NCBI GenBank assembly: GCA_000004985.1
Contig: GG738845.1
Direction: 5' to 3' (one strand)
Source: Naegleria gruberi
Lineage: Eukaryota
DNA length: 64,000 bases
Both the position numbers and the translations under genes were made by a program. Below the pieces are notes generated by a model, which was given only the letters and a program-made list of their open reading frames with translations, ran no database searches and was not told the DNA's origin. The number at the start of each line of letters is the position of its first letter. Within the stretch, counting starts at the first letter, position 1. Shown in pieces: positions 43,883-55,443 of the stretch.

Positions 43883-46800
43883 TTACAATCTTGGTTGACG
43901 AAGAGGAATTTCAGTATTTGGAAGTATGGACTTGTCTGTCTTTGGAGTTGTCTTTCTATATTGTTGCAATTCACCAACAAACTCGAACAACTTATCAATT
44001 TCATTATATGGTGGTAAGAGGGAAACAACAGACTCAGATTTTGGTGCATCCTTTGCTCCCTTCTTTGAAGTTGATTTTTCGACCTTGACAGTTGTTTGGA
44101 GAATACCCATCTTGTCAAAAATAGCAACAGTGTTGGAAAGAGTCTCAGATGAACATGCTTCATAGAAATGAACTTTTTGATCAAAGTAGAGTTTTTCAAT
44201 AAACCATTGCATTCTTTCAACAAGAGCCTTCTTTCTAAGTGTTGGAATTTCTTGTTCATTACCTGAGAATGGCAATGAAATAAGTGCCATGGAAGCTCCC
44301 CAATAGGCTTCAATGAAAGGCCACAATAATGAGCAAATAAATTTGAGATTTTCCAAATACAAGACTGGAATGAATACCTTTTCATCTTTGAGTTGGAAAA
44401 TACCTCTCTTTGACATGGCATTAATGACGCTCATGAAGTCATCATGTTCCTCAGGTCTTTCCTTATAAATGAATTCAAGAGAGAGAAGCTCATTCAAAAA
44501 TTCACATCTCTTTAACAATTCAGAAAGAGGAACGCCTTGGTCAATCATTAATTTTTCTCTGAATGAGTAGAATGAGCATGAGACAATACTTTCAACAAAG
44601 AATAGGTGAATAATTTGATTTCTATAATAGCTGAGTTCCAAAATCTTCTTATAGTCTGACTTGACTTCAATAGCTGGTTCTAACATGTTCTTATTCTTCT
44701 TGATAATATTATTGATCAATCCAAGAGCTCTGTTCACTACTGATGCTGTAGTTTGTGTCTTGGACCAGTAAACATTTCCTCCTCTTGAAATAATTTGATT
44801 CTTTAACCAATCGGTCTTGCTTTGTAATTCTTCCATACTAATACCTTCTCTATAGGTTAATAAAATTGTAGAAACGAGAGCAATAGGCATAATGACGACA
44901 GATTGATTCAAATCATAGGTAATCTTGGTACCAAGATTTTTAACAAGGGTATTCTTGTCATCATCTTGACCGAATGGATCGAATGAAGGAGATTCTGATT
45001 TCATATTTTCAACATAGTCCTTCAATGAAATTGGTTCAGCAATTTTGACATGAATGTCGCCATACTTTCTCAACAAGACAGAACTTGCAGAGATGAGAGC
45101 AGAGAGAGATTCTCCCTTCTTATTTCCTCCTAACAATTCTCTAGTATGTGATTCACTTTCAATAACCTTTTCATAACCAATATGAATAGGTACAAGTGTG
45201 AGGTTATCGACACGCTTGTCTAAATAAGTATCAGCAATGGTTTTCAAAAGTCCAAGTTTCGGTCTGAGAGTTTTGCCACCTCTTGAACGAGTACCTTCAA
45301 CAAAGAATTCAACAGGATTACCATCAACGAGTAAACGTTGAACATATTCAGAAAAGATGGCCTTATATACCTTGTCAGAACCGAAAGATCTTCTCATAAA
45401 GAAAGCACCCGAGTATCTGAATAAATCACGAACTAAAAACATGTTTAAAAAGTCTTCTCCAGCAGCAATGTGTGGAACTGGAACACCATATACAAAGAAA
45501 ACATAGGAAACAATTAAGAAATCAATATAACTTCTGTGAGTTGGAATGAATACAAGAGTTCCTGATTCTGCCTTTTTAGAAATTTCTTTCAATTTTTCAA
45601 TTTCATTTGTGTCGACCATAATAGATTGATACATTCTACGCCAAATCTTTCTTAAAATCCAACCAAATGCTCTAATTGCATTATTATTTGGGTCAGCAAA
45701 CATTTGGTCCATAATTTGGAGAGCTCTCTTTTCAACATTCATAACAGAAATGTTGAGAGTTTCAGCTTCAGATAATATGGCATCTTGTACAATTTTTGAT
45801 TGTAAAACTGTTTGTTTGACTTGTTCTCGGGTTTGACCATCAGTGAAACGGCCTGCAGCTGTAAATGCCAATTCTACATCATTATAGAGATTGTTAATGA
45901 AATTATACTCATTGGACTTGATCAAGTCAGTGGTGGTTGGTGGTTCAGGATTTTCCTTTAAAACAAACTTGTGGAGACCATAACAGAAATATTGGAAATA
46001 GGTGGACCAATTAATAAGACTCCAATCAAGAGTAAACAAGTCCTTTTCATTTTCTGGTAATCTGTGGAAAGCAGAATCCAAATTGGCAACATCAAAGAAC
46101 CATTCATTGAGGGTAAAGTGATGGAAATTTGAGGAGAGATTGGATTGACGGGAGGCCATCTTTTTAAATCCTTCTACAGCTTTAACTGCAGCCTTGCTTC
46201 CAAAAATAGTGGCAATCAACCCATATAATTGAATCATCCAAGTGTATCTCATCAAGTATTGTGTCTTGTAGAAGAATCTATTTGTAATCATATTAAATTC
46301 AGCTCTTGAAACACTCTTATCAGGTTGGTGAGTGTGCCAATATCCTAAAAAAAGTTAATAGAATAAGAATATATAAACTTACTGAGTGTTCCTGTGACAG
46401 TATCTTGCCATCTGCCTGGATTAGATGTGGAAGTACCACAATGGTAAACTCTCAAACTTGATTTTCTTGTTGCAATATCAGCTGGACAAATAATCATGGC
46501 ATTGGAAACAAAATCAACTGGAACTTGATCTGATACAACCTTAGTGTTACCAGGAAGCAAGTGAATAATACCAAGACCACTAAACAAGTAAACAGAACCA
46601 CCTGCAGATACAGCATCAATCCAACCAGGAACAGGATCTCTCAATGCAGCACCCACAATGGTTGGTCTCAAAATTGCAACATTGACATCTCCCTTATATT
46701 TGGCAACAAGTGCTTCACCAATTCTCTTAGTGATGGTATAGGTATTTGGATAACCTGTAAAGGCCAATGCCTTTACAGTTGCCTTTTCAATTTCTTTTGG

Positions 46801-47547
46801 TGATAATTTTCTAATTCTTTCACAAAATGCTTCAATATCTTCACCACCTGGTAATTTAAGAGGATAGAATTTTTCATCAACTCTACTTCCTGATTTCATA
46901 TTTGAGTTTGTATAGGCAGTTGAGATGTGAGTAAATGCTTCAATATTGTGACATTGTTTAGCAAAGTTCAAACATCTCAAAGGACCATAAGCATTCAAAT
47001 TAATGGCATAGTCCAATCTTTCCGTAAATCCGATAGTTGCAGCACTGTGAATAATAACTTGAATTTCTTTTTTCAATTGTTCAATCTTATCTAAGGTAGA
47101 TCCTACAAAGATATTTTCTTCTGTAACATCTCCAAATACTCCTTCAACTTTCTCTCTTGCAAATACTTCAAAATCTTCACGTTTTCCATTAAATCTTTCC
47201 CTTATTATTCTATCCATAATGGGTGATCTCAAAATTTCTGTAATCAATCTTTCTTCTGGTGGAATTACTTTTCCAGTCTTTCTATCCTTTTTTTCACGTA
47301 CTAACAAGTATAATTTCCTAATATTTGGAAGACATCTCAAAAACTTTTCAACAACAACCTTTCCTAAAAATCCTGTACAGCCAGTACAGAAAACAGTCTT
47401 GTTATTATAATATTCAGTTAAAGATAATGGAGCTGAAGAAGTGTAATCATCATGATGGGTTGAATTCAACAAATCGGAATAGGTATAAAAAGTATAATCA
47501 TCAGTATGACCTTGTTTTTTAGAAAAGGAAGCAAAGTATGAATTCAT
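43883..47547 (-). CDS. Bifunctional fusion of an N-terminal fatty acyl-CoA reductase (FAR) and a C-terminal glycerone-phosphate/glycerol-3-phosphate O-acyltransferase (GNPAT/DHAPAT-like), FARAT-type. Two exons, 47547..46383 and 46344..43883.
   Basis: Exon 1 carries the FAR NAD-binding motif ..KTVFCTGCTGFLGKVVVEKFLR..ISTAYTN... Exon 2 carries acyltransferase motifs ..LVFIPTHRSYIDFLIVSY.. (HxxxxD), ..GAFFMRRSFG.. and ..FFVEGTRSRGGK... A 38-nt GTAAGT..TTTTTAG intron joins the ORF-track ORFs 46345..47592 and 43883..46291 in frame (..TVTGTL|R|YWHTHQPDKSVSRAEFNMITNRFFYK..). Confidence 0.7.
46345..46382 (-). other. Spliceosomal intron joining the FAR and GNPAT halves, 38 nt
   Basis: Minus-strand GGAACACTCA|GTAAGTTTATATATTCTTATTCTATTAACTTTTTTTAG|GATATTGGCACACTC. 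Phase 1. The FAR ORF stop codon (TAG) lies inside the intron. Confidence 0.65.
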
Positions 47548-48139
47548 TGTTATCTTGATATTCTCTGAATCGGAGTTTAAATTTGAACACAATGTTGATG
47601 CAGTGTGTGAAAATATTTAACAACTTGATTATGTCCACAAGCAACAATAACGGGTTGTGAAGATAATATTTATGAACGACGATATGATTTTATGGACGGA
47701 AAATAATATTTGGTCCGAAACACACACTCAGTAAATTGTTGAGGTAATTTTTTTATGTTAATAATATGATGAAGATTCTAAAATGATTTTCTCAACTGCG
47801 AGAATAAAAGAAAGGAAAAAGAAAACCACCTCATCAGTTATTCTCTTTTACAAAATTCAAAATAGATGGCATACTTTAATTGGAAAGTAATATTTTGTAA
47901 ATTGCCTTCAATTTTTTTACTTGTTTACAAAAATAAAGAATGGTCCATGTTGATGAAATAACCAAAGCCCTTTCTTCCCATTGCAGAAACACCATTATCA
48001 AAACAGGTACCGTACTACTAGTCAGTAAAATACAGCTGAACATTCATTCACAACCAAACTATTGCGAAGATTGTTACTGTTACACAATACCGCCATAACA
48101 ACAACATTAAAAAAAACAAATCTCTCCAAAGAGCTTAAA

Positions 48140-51100
48140 ATGCTTGATGAGGTTTCTTCATCAGAAACCTACCAACCACTTCATGTCATGACGAGATTAA
48201 GGCCATCAACAATACCCTCCAACTCCCATACATCATCTAATAATCCATCATCACCATTAACTCCTTCTACTAGTAATCCTCTTGAAACGGGTGCACGACG
48301 TCCAACGTTTTTTGGCGATATTGCTAAAAGTGCCCTTTCAACTCCAACAACCACACAAGCTGGAAAATTAAACATTATTGGAGCTCTCCTTTCTCATGAT
48401 ACATTGGATAGTGATAACAATTCAGATTCTTCGTCCCGATCTTCATCACCCATTCCTGTCAGATTAAGGAAGGATAATGCAGCTAATTTAACTAGGAGAA
48501 GAAGGAAAACTGATGCTCCACTTCCAGTTCCCATTTCATCTTCTCCACCAACAGCGTCCTCTCCCACAACAATTAATACATCAACAAATAATGAGGCATT
48601 TGGCTCCAACCTCCTTAATTTTGCAGAGTCACAAGAGGAAACCAAACGTCTAGTTGCATCCTTACAAAGAACTGAGGATATATCAATAACTTTGGATGAT
48701 TCGGCAAGTACTGTAAATGTGAATAATATGATTTATGTAAAAATGGATTATGCAAAAACTCAAGTAGAGGAAATTATGAACAAGTTCTCAAATGCCAAGC
48801 AAGAATTCAAAGAAAAGACTAAGAAACTTCAAAAACATTTCGAAAAACAAGACAATGAAAAGATGGCCAAGATTCAGAGTTTCATGGAGGAATTCAATGA
48901 CAAATATATATCCATGCAAAAAAGATACCAAGAAACACTCTTAAAAAAGTATAAGGAAAAAATTGAAGAATTGGGTGGAAAAGTTAAAGCATATGCATCT
49001 GAAAAGGATGATCTAAGAGACCGACTTGTGTCAGAAACAACAAAGTATTACGAGGACATGAGAGTACACGTTTCTAGTTTTGAGAAAATTATTTCTGGAA
49101 TAGAGGCAAAGGAGAAGAAGCGATCAGATGAATACATTTTAGAACAACGTGCAGTTTGCAACAAACAAATTGAAGGAGCTCAAGCACAATTGACAAAATC
49201 CATAAGTGTACAAAAAAAGTTATTCTTTGGATTAGTCAATTATATAAGGAAAAAAGAGAAGGAATGTTTGAAACTAGGAAATGATTTGGATGAAAGCAAA
49301 TTAAATGCTGCAAATCTAAAACAACAATGTGAAAAACTACAATCATGTATCAAAGAAGGAGAAAATAGAGAAAAAGACTATCAAGTTATTGTAAATAAGC
49401 AAAAAGACAAAATAATTGAATTGGGAAAACGATTGGATTTTTATATATCCAAAACATTTTCCGATTCAAATGTAAATACTGACTTAACAATACGAGATTT
49501 GGAAAATCAAGAAATGAAATCATCAAACAAAACGAAAGAAAATGAAAAAATCAGGAAACATGCTAAAAATCAAGCAGATACTATTAAGGGACTAGAGAAT
49601 CAGAAAACCTCTTTGGAAGATAACATCCAAAAATTATCGAGTGCTATTTCTAATTTCCAACAAGAAATTGAATCTTTAAAGATGAAAATAGAAAAGGAAA
49701 TGGAAGCCAATAATTCTTTGCAGGAAACTAGAAAGCAATTAGAGGTAAAGATAACGGAGCTAACGAGAAAGGACGCTTTAACGAAGGATATTTTGAAAAA
49801 TCAAAAACAAAAAATATCAACCTTGGAGACTCAGTTAACTTCTTCTGTACCAGCTCAAGATGCAAATAATATTTTGGACAGTTTAAGGAAAGATGTGCAA
49901 ACTGAAAGAGAGGAAAAACAACACCTTCAAACTTTGATTATTGAGAAGGAATCACTTATTAGTTCGATAGAAACAAAATATGGCGATGCGGTAAGCAAGT
50001 ACAGAGATTTGGATCTAAAATTCCATAAGATGGAGGAGGAATTCATGAGTCAAGTAAAGAACCTCAAGGAAGAAGCCAAAAACAAGCTTGGAAGTTTGAT
50101 TCCTACCATTATAGAAAAAGTTGTTCCTCCTGAACAAAAAATTACATTGGCTCATAGTTCACAAACAGAGGAAGTTTTTATTGAGCAGAAAGAGTTAGAT
50201 GATTTTAAAAGCAAAGTACAGCTTTTGGAAAAGGATTTACAAGACTCAAACCTTCAAATTACTGACCTCAATAATAATATTGCTCAAATAACGAGAGAGT
50301 TTGCAATGAAAGAATCAACATTAATTTTCGAGGCAAAGGAGAGGGAAAACCAACTAACTTTGGAATACAAAGAAAGAGAATCAAAATTAATTTCGAATTT
50401 TAAGGAAAATGAACACAGAATTAAAACTCAATTCAGCGAAAAGGAAATGGTTCTAATTTCCCAGTTTACTGAAAGGGAGCAAAAACTAAATTCAGAATTT
50501 AAGGAAACTCAACAAAGAATGCAGAGTGAATTTGAGGAATCCCAACAAAGAATACAGGCCTCGTTTAATGACACTCAACAAAGAATGCAGGACTCATTTA
50601 ATGAAAGAGAAACTAAACTAGAAACAGAATTTACACAAGCAAAAACGCTTTTGGAAGGTGATAATGAATTGTTAAAAAATGAAGTGGCAAGTTTAAACAA
50701 CTCTATTTGCGAAAAAACAGCTCTAATATCACAATTAGAGAGACAACTTTCACTTTCACAAACAGAGCTGGATGGATATCAAAAGTTTGGCAGTGAAACC
50801 ATAGATTTTGAAAAAAAGGAGATGGTTATTAGGCATTTCAATTCACTAAAGAGAGAGTTAGAAATACTGAAAGCAGAAATAGAATTGAGGAAATCTGTCG
50901 AAGAGGAATTAAGAGAGGAGATTGAACGGTTGAAAAAGGATGTAGGTTTAACAAACGGAAAATACAGAAATCTGCTCAATCAATCCCATTTTAGGCGCTT
51001 GGAGAATAATACAGGTACAGTCAGTTTTGAGGAAGAGATGGACCGTCTAACTGTTGAAAACAAGCAAATAACTGAGACAAACAAACTTCTTGAACTTCAA

Positions 51101-51484
51101 ATAGCAAGTTTCTCCAAGGACGTTTATTTTGAAGAGAGCCAAAAGTTTCAACAATTATATTTGGCTGAGAGAGAAAAAACGAACAAACTGTCAGCTCAAT
51201 GTAAACAGTTTGTACTAAAAATTACAGAGCAAGAGCAATACATAGAAAGTTTGAGTTCAAAATGTGAAAGAGCTTTTGATGACATTGCAAGAGAGAGACA
51301 ACGAACTGAAGTAGCCCTCAGATTAGTAAAAAAAGGACATAAGGAAAAGGAGGAATTTTTGATTGAAATAGAAAACCTGAAACATCAGTTCGAAGTTGCT
51401 CTTGATGTTTTAAGGAGAAATCAATTTGAACAAGAGTTTTATAGAATGCTAAAGAAGAGCACTTTAATTAAAGGAATCTTGTAA
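48140..51484 (+). CDS. Large coiled-coil protein (about 1114 aa) with internal tandem repeats of about 20 aa
   Basis: ATG at 48140 (gagcttaaaATG). The N-terminal 170 aa are Ser/Pro/Thr-rich. The rest is heptad-rich with E/K/Q. Tandem units (FxE.EQ(K/R)(L/M)(N/Q)SEF.E(T/S)QQR) lie at about 50380-50640. The last 21 nt overlap the convergent AAA-ATPase CDS. Confidence 0.5.
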   Translation: MLDEVSSSETYQPLHVMTRLRPSTIPSNSHTSSNNPSSPLTPSTSNPLETGARRPTFFGDIAKSALSTPTTTQAGKLNIIGALLSHDTLDSDNNSDSSSRSSSPIPVRLRKDNAANLTRRRRKTDAPLPVPISSSPPTASSPTTINTSTNNEAFGSNLLNFAESQEETKRLVASLQRTEDISITLDDSASTVNVNNMIYVKMDYAKTQVEEIMNKFSNAKQEFKEKTKKLQKHFEKQDNEKMAKIQSFMEEFNDKYISMQKRYQETLLKKYKEKIEELGGKVKAYASEKDDLRDRLVSETTKYYEDMRVHVSSFEKIISGIEAKEKKRSDEYILEQRAVCNKQIEGAQAQLTKSISVQKKLFFGLVNYIRKKEKECLKLGNDLDESKLNAANLKQQCEKLQSCIKEGENREKDYQVIVNKQKDKIIELGKRLDFYISKTFSDSNVNTDLTIRDLENQEMKSSNKTKENEKIRKHAKNQADTIKGLENQKTSLEDNIQKLSSAISNFQQEIESLKMKIEKEMEANNSLQETRKQLEVKITELTRKDALTKDILKNQKQKISTLETQLTSSVPAQDANNILDSLRKDVQTEREEKQHLQTLIIEKESLISSIETKYGDAVSKYRDLDLKFHKMEEEFMSQVKNLKEEAKNKLGSLIPTIIEKVVPPEQKITLAHSSQTEEVFIEQKELDDFKSKVQLLEKDLQDSNLQITDLNNNIAQITREFAMKESTLIFEAKERENQLTLEYKERESKLISNFKENEHRIKTQFSEKEMVLISQFTEREQKLNSEFKETQQRMQSEFEESQQRIQASFNDTQQRMQDSFNERETKLETEFTQAKTLLEGDNELLKNEVASLNNSICEKTALISQLERQLSLSQTELDGYQKFGSETIDFEKKEMVIRHFNSLKRELEILKAEIELRKSVEEELREEIERLKKDVGLTNGKYRNLLNQSHFRRLENNTGTVSFEEEMDRLTVENKQITETNKLLELQIASFSKDVYFEESQKFQQLYLAEREKTNKLSAQCKQFVLKITEQEQYIESLSSKCERAFDDIARERQRTEVALRLVKKGHKEKEEFLIEIENLKHQFEVALDVLRRNQFEQEFYRMLKKSTLIKGIL
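50380..50640 (+). repeat. In-frame tandem coding repeats (units of about 20 aa) inside the coiled-coil gene
   Basis: Protein-level repeats ..[81 protein letters not shown].., with matching nucleotide repeats (caacaaagaatgcag appears three times). Confidence 0.55.
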
Positions 51485-54400
51485 TGATTCGTAGCGTTCT
51501 AGGTCAACAGCTGAAACAGAAGGAGTAATATTATTGAATGCCTTTTCAAAATCATCTTGACATACAACAATTTGGTGTGATTGCTTATTGGAAATGTCAC
51601 CCTCACTAGTTTCCCTGCTTACAGCATTCATAAAAGCGTCTGTGCAAATAGCATAAAAATCGGCTCCTGTTAGATTAAATTCTCTGTTTTGTAGAAGTAT
51701 TTTCAAGTTTACATCATTTGCAAGGTTGAATTTTCTTGTGAGAGCATGTAAAACTTTGAGTTGACCTTCATGTGTCTTTGAAACTCCCAAATAAACTAAT
51801 CTCTCAAATCTTCCCGGTCTTAAAAGAGCGGGATCAATCAAATCTGGTCTATTGGTTGCACCAATCACGAAAACTCCCTTATTAGATGTAGAATCCTTCT
51901 CATCATCTGAGGCATTAGAAATATCATCCAATTCAGCCAACAATTGGGAAACGACTCTATCACTAACACCTCCAGAATCGCCACTAGCACCTCTATTTGG
52001 TGCAAGAGCATCTAATTCATCGAAGAATATAACACATGGTTTTGCTTGGCGTGCTCTTTCGAATACAAGTCTAACATTTCTTTCACTTTCACCAACATAC
52101 GCATTAATTAACTCGGGTCCTTTAACACTCATGAAATTCAATTGACATTCAGTTGCTACTGCTTTTGCAAGAAGAGTCTTACCACAGCCTGGTGGACCAT
52201 ACCTTTGTACCATATTGATATAAAATTGTGAAATAAAAATTATTACTTACAATAAGACACCACTTCTTGTTTTGAGATTTGAGTGGGATTGGAGAGGTGA
52301 TTGAATGATATCAAGAATTTCCTGTTTTGCATGTTCTAAACCACCAATATCTTGCCATTTTACAGTTGGGATAGATAAGTTGGTTGTACTACCTGCATCC
52401 TTGCCTGCTACGGCATATTTTTTTAACCATTTCATTCCTCCATTCACAAAATGTTTGTGAGATAGGGTGGATGTGTAAACTAAAGATGAAACTTTTGATT
52501 GTTGTTGGTACTTGTTGACATGTTGAAGCGATTCTATTATGGCTTGTGTCTTGGAGATTTGAACGATATTGTTCAGGTCATGCACAGAGCATCCACTGGT
52601 TTGTTTAACAATCTGTGAGGTTGACAAATCAATATTACAAATTGATTTGATATCAGTAGTATTCTTTCTAAAGAATAAATCTCTCTCCTCTTCACTCAAG
52701 TTTCTTCTAAATTCAATCTTGGTTAGGAATATATTTCTGAATACTGGACTTAGCAAATCTAAGGATGAAACACTTGGAATGAATATCATAGGGTAAGGAT
52801 TATTCTTTGATTTGAGAGATTGTTTGAGACATTTAACAATTCTAATCTTGGAATGTTGCTTGATGTTGGTACCTCCATTATTATTGTTGCTCAATTGATC
52901 AAAGGCTTGGAAGTGCTTAATGTAGAGTACACAAGGAGTACATTGTTTGGCAAGTGTAAAACATTGAGCAAGATTTTGGGCTGTAATGGCATCTGATTCA
53001 TTGATAATTTCAAAAGCATTAATTTCTATAAGATGGAATCCATACTTGGTACAAATAGAATGAACAGCATGAGTTTTTCCTGAGCCCTCCTCGCCATAAA
53101 TTAAAAAGTGTTGTTGAACTAGATTCTTTTGGCTTGATCTATTTGGCTGTTTGTGAATGGAAATGATTGGCTCGATGGCTTTGCAAAGTTTTTTGAAACC
53201 ACTCACTTGATTTTCATAGTCCTCATTGATATCTGATGGTATGTATCCCCTTACAGGTTGGGCATTGGTAATGACAGCAGTTTCTGTATTATCAATGATG
53301 AGTGTTTCATCTGAATCAACACCCAATTCGAGTGTATCAACTCTATAACCAGTATAGTCTCCATGAATTGGATCCAATCTTTTGCTTGCTTCCAATTGTG
53401 CCAAAACTTGAATCTGAACTGACTCCTCAGATTTAATAAAATCAATATTTGGATTCTCCACTAACACAATATCATTCTTACGTAATGCTCTCTTATGATT
53501 TGTAAAAAAGATTTCTAATTGTTTCTCGAAAAGTTGTTGTTCCAGTTTTTGTTCTTCCTCTGTTCCTTCTGTAAGTGTATTTCCGAAATGATTTGGACTT
53601 TGTATTGGTGTGAGAACAATTTTAGAAGCTACCTTTGGAGCATTTTGGTTGGACATTATTTGAATACGTGTTGGCTTGCCGAGATTAAAGTACAATGATT
53701 TAGTCAATATTATATCATCCTCAACACCATGAATGACACAAATTAAAGAACTGTGTGTATTATTCAACTTCACCCAACTATTATCAAAGCAATTGAGAGA
53801 GGCAAATAGTTTGGAACTCAGTAATACCATGGAGAGTGGATCTGCAGACAAGATTTGCTCTATGTTTTCATTGACACATTTTTCAAGATAACCACGGAAG
53901 GTTTCTGTAGTAACCGATTTGATATTTGTGGTTGAAATTGTGATTTGATTTTTCATTGCTATAAAATCAGAAGATAACATTTCTTCTAGGGAATCATTTC
54001 CCAATAATTCCATTTCAATATTTGATAAATTATAGATACGATCTGGCACACTTGCACCAGGTGTATTGAATAGAATGACCTTGGTCTTTTCATCAATTAA
54101 TCCTTGTCGAGTTGGAGTTGTATCAACAATTTGAAACAACAATTTTCCTTCATCAATAATACTAAAAGTATGAAACCTGGTCAATAATGTTGATATTTGT
54201 TTTTTGGTAAAATGTAAAAATTCATATTCATTCTCTGAAATCCAATCTTGTACATTGTTATCATTTTCTGAAATAATTGCTTGCACAATAATTTGCTCCA
54301 AAATAGGAATATTAGATTTTTCAATAATTTGAATATCAATAGATATAACAAATCCCTCCTCAACTACATGATCCAATAGATTTTCCAAATAATCATTTCC

Positions 54401-54619
54401 AACCAAAAATTCTATTATTTTGTTGTTATCACTATTTGTTGGCTTGTTATTCATTATTGTTAGTAATGTTTGCTCGGAAACAAGAGCTTCTGTCATGAAA
54501 GTCTCATTCACTAACAAGTACACTGATTTATCACTGCTACTACTAACAGTATTATTCATTGACTTTTCCACCAATTTATGACAATTCAGGTGGGAGACTT
54601 TCTCTAGGGTTGCTTTCAT
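51464..54619 (-). CDS. Type-II AAA+ ATPase, Pex6-like (Pex1/Pex6 family). Two exons, 54619..52251 and 52202..51464.
   Basis: D1 has Walker A GEEGSGKT but a degenerate Walker B. D2 is canonical: ..RSGVLL|[18 protein letters not shown].. (Walker A split by an intron), [10 protein letters not shown] (Walker B), ..[20 protein letters not shown].. (SRH/arginine fingers). There is a long N-terminal non-ATPase region. Adjacent to the ether-lipid FAR-GNPAT gene. Confidence 0.5.
52203..52250 (-). other. Spliceosomal intron (AAA ATPase gene), 48 nt
   Basis: Minus-strand GGTGTCTTATT|GTAAGTAATAATTTTTATTTCACAATTTTATATCAATATGGTACAAAG|GTATGGTCCACCAGGCTGTGGTAAGACT. Phase 2. It joins ORFs 52247..54619 and 51464..52213. 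Confidence 0.65.
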
Positions 54620-54813
54620 TTTTTTAACTTGATGATTCTCTAGTCAGCCACAACATTGAACATCAATCGAAGGAAATAAAATTGATTGAAACCTAAAGAT
54701 TTATAAAACCAAACTTATTCTATTTATTTGATTGTTATTAATTTATTGTTTTGACATCATTAGGATTGAATTTATTATTTTAATTATTCAAAATTTGTAA
54801 AAAGAATAAAAAA

Positions 54814-55180
54814 ATGGTTCTTTATAAAGCTTTGTGGATAGGTGGAGTTTTGGCCTTGTTGCATTCATTATTATCGGCTGCTCAAGGTACGTATCTAGCA
54901 AACATTAACTTAATTGTAGAATATTTGGATAAATTTTACAGTGCAAACAGCACAAGAAGGATCTTTACCTTTGGATATTGTTGTTGAATGTTTAATTGGA
55001 GCACTTTCAAGCTCTTTTGCTTTTGTAAAATTGAATACTAGTGTGATATATGATGATGATGGAATTTCTGTGGCAAAATCAAGTCCAAATCCTGGTAGAA
55101 TTACCGACGGATGGAAGAATATTGATGCTACAAAAGCAATTGCTTCATCTAAAATGTATGTTTTAATTATTGCATCATAG
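54814..55180 (+). CDS. EMC5: ER membrane protein complex subunit 5 / membrane magnesium transporter (EMC5/MMGT1). Two exons, 54814..54886 and 54942..55180.
   Basis: The spliced protein MVLYKALWIGGVLALLHSLLSAAQ|VQTAQEGSLPLDIVVECLIGALSSSFAFV... parallels human MMGT1 (..[25 protein letters not shown]...[23 protein letters not shown]..). Confidence 0.6.
54887..54941 (+). other. Spliceosomal intron (EMC5), 55 nt
   Basis: gctgctcaag|GTACGTATCTAGCAAAC...GGATAAATTTTACAG|tgcaaacagcac. Phase 1. Confidence 0.55.
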
Positions 55181-55443
55181 TGGCTGATATATTATAATAG
55201 AACTGTCGAGAGCATCAATAATAGAGTGAACTTTTCTCACTTTAATCATAGAGCAAAATACTTATACAGAGAAGATGGAAATGTTGATAATTAATTTCGA
55301 AAATGTAAATTGATGATTCTATTAATCTTTCTAATAATTTTTATCAAAATTAGAAAATAACAATCTTATTTAATTTTTATACAATTTTTGTAAAGGTTTA
55401 ATTTGGTATTTTTGCAAAAATTTTAAACATGAGAGATTAAATA

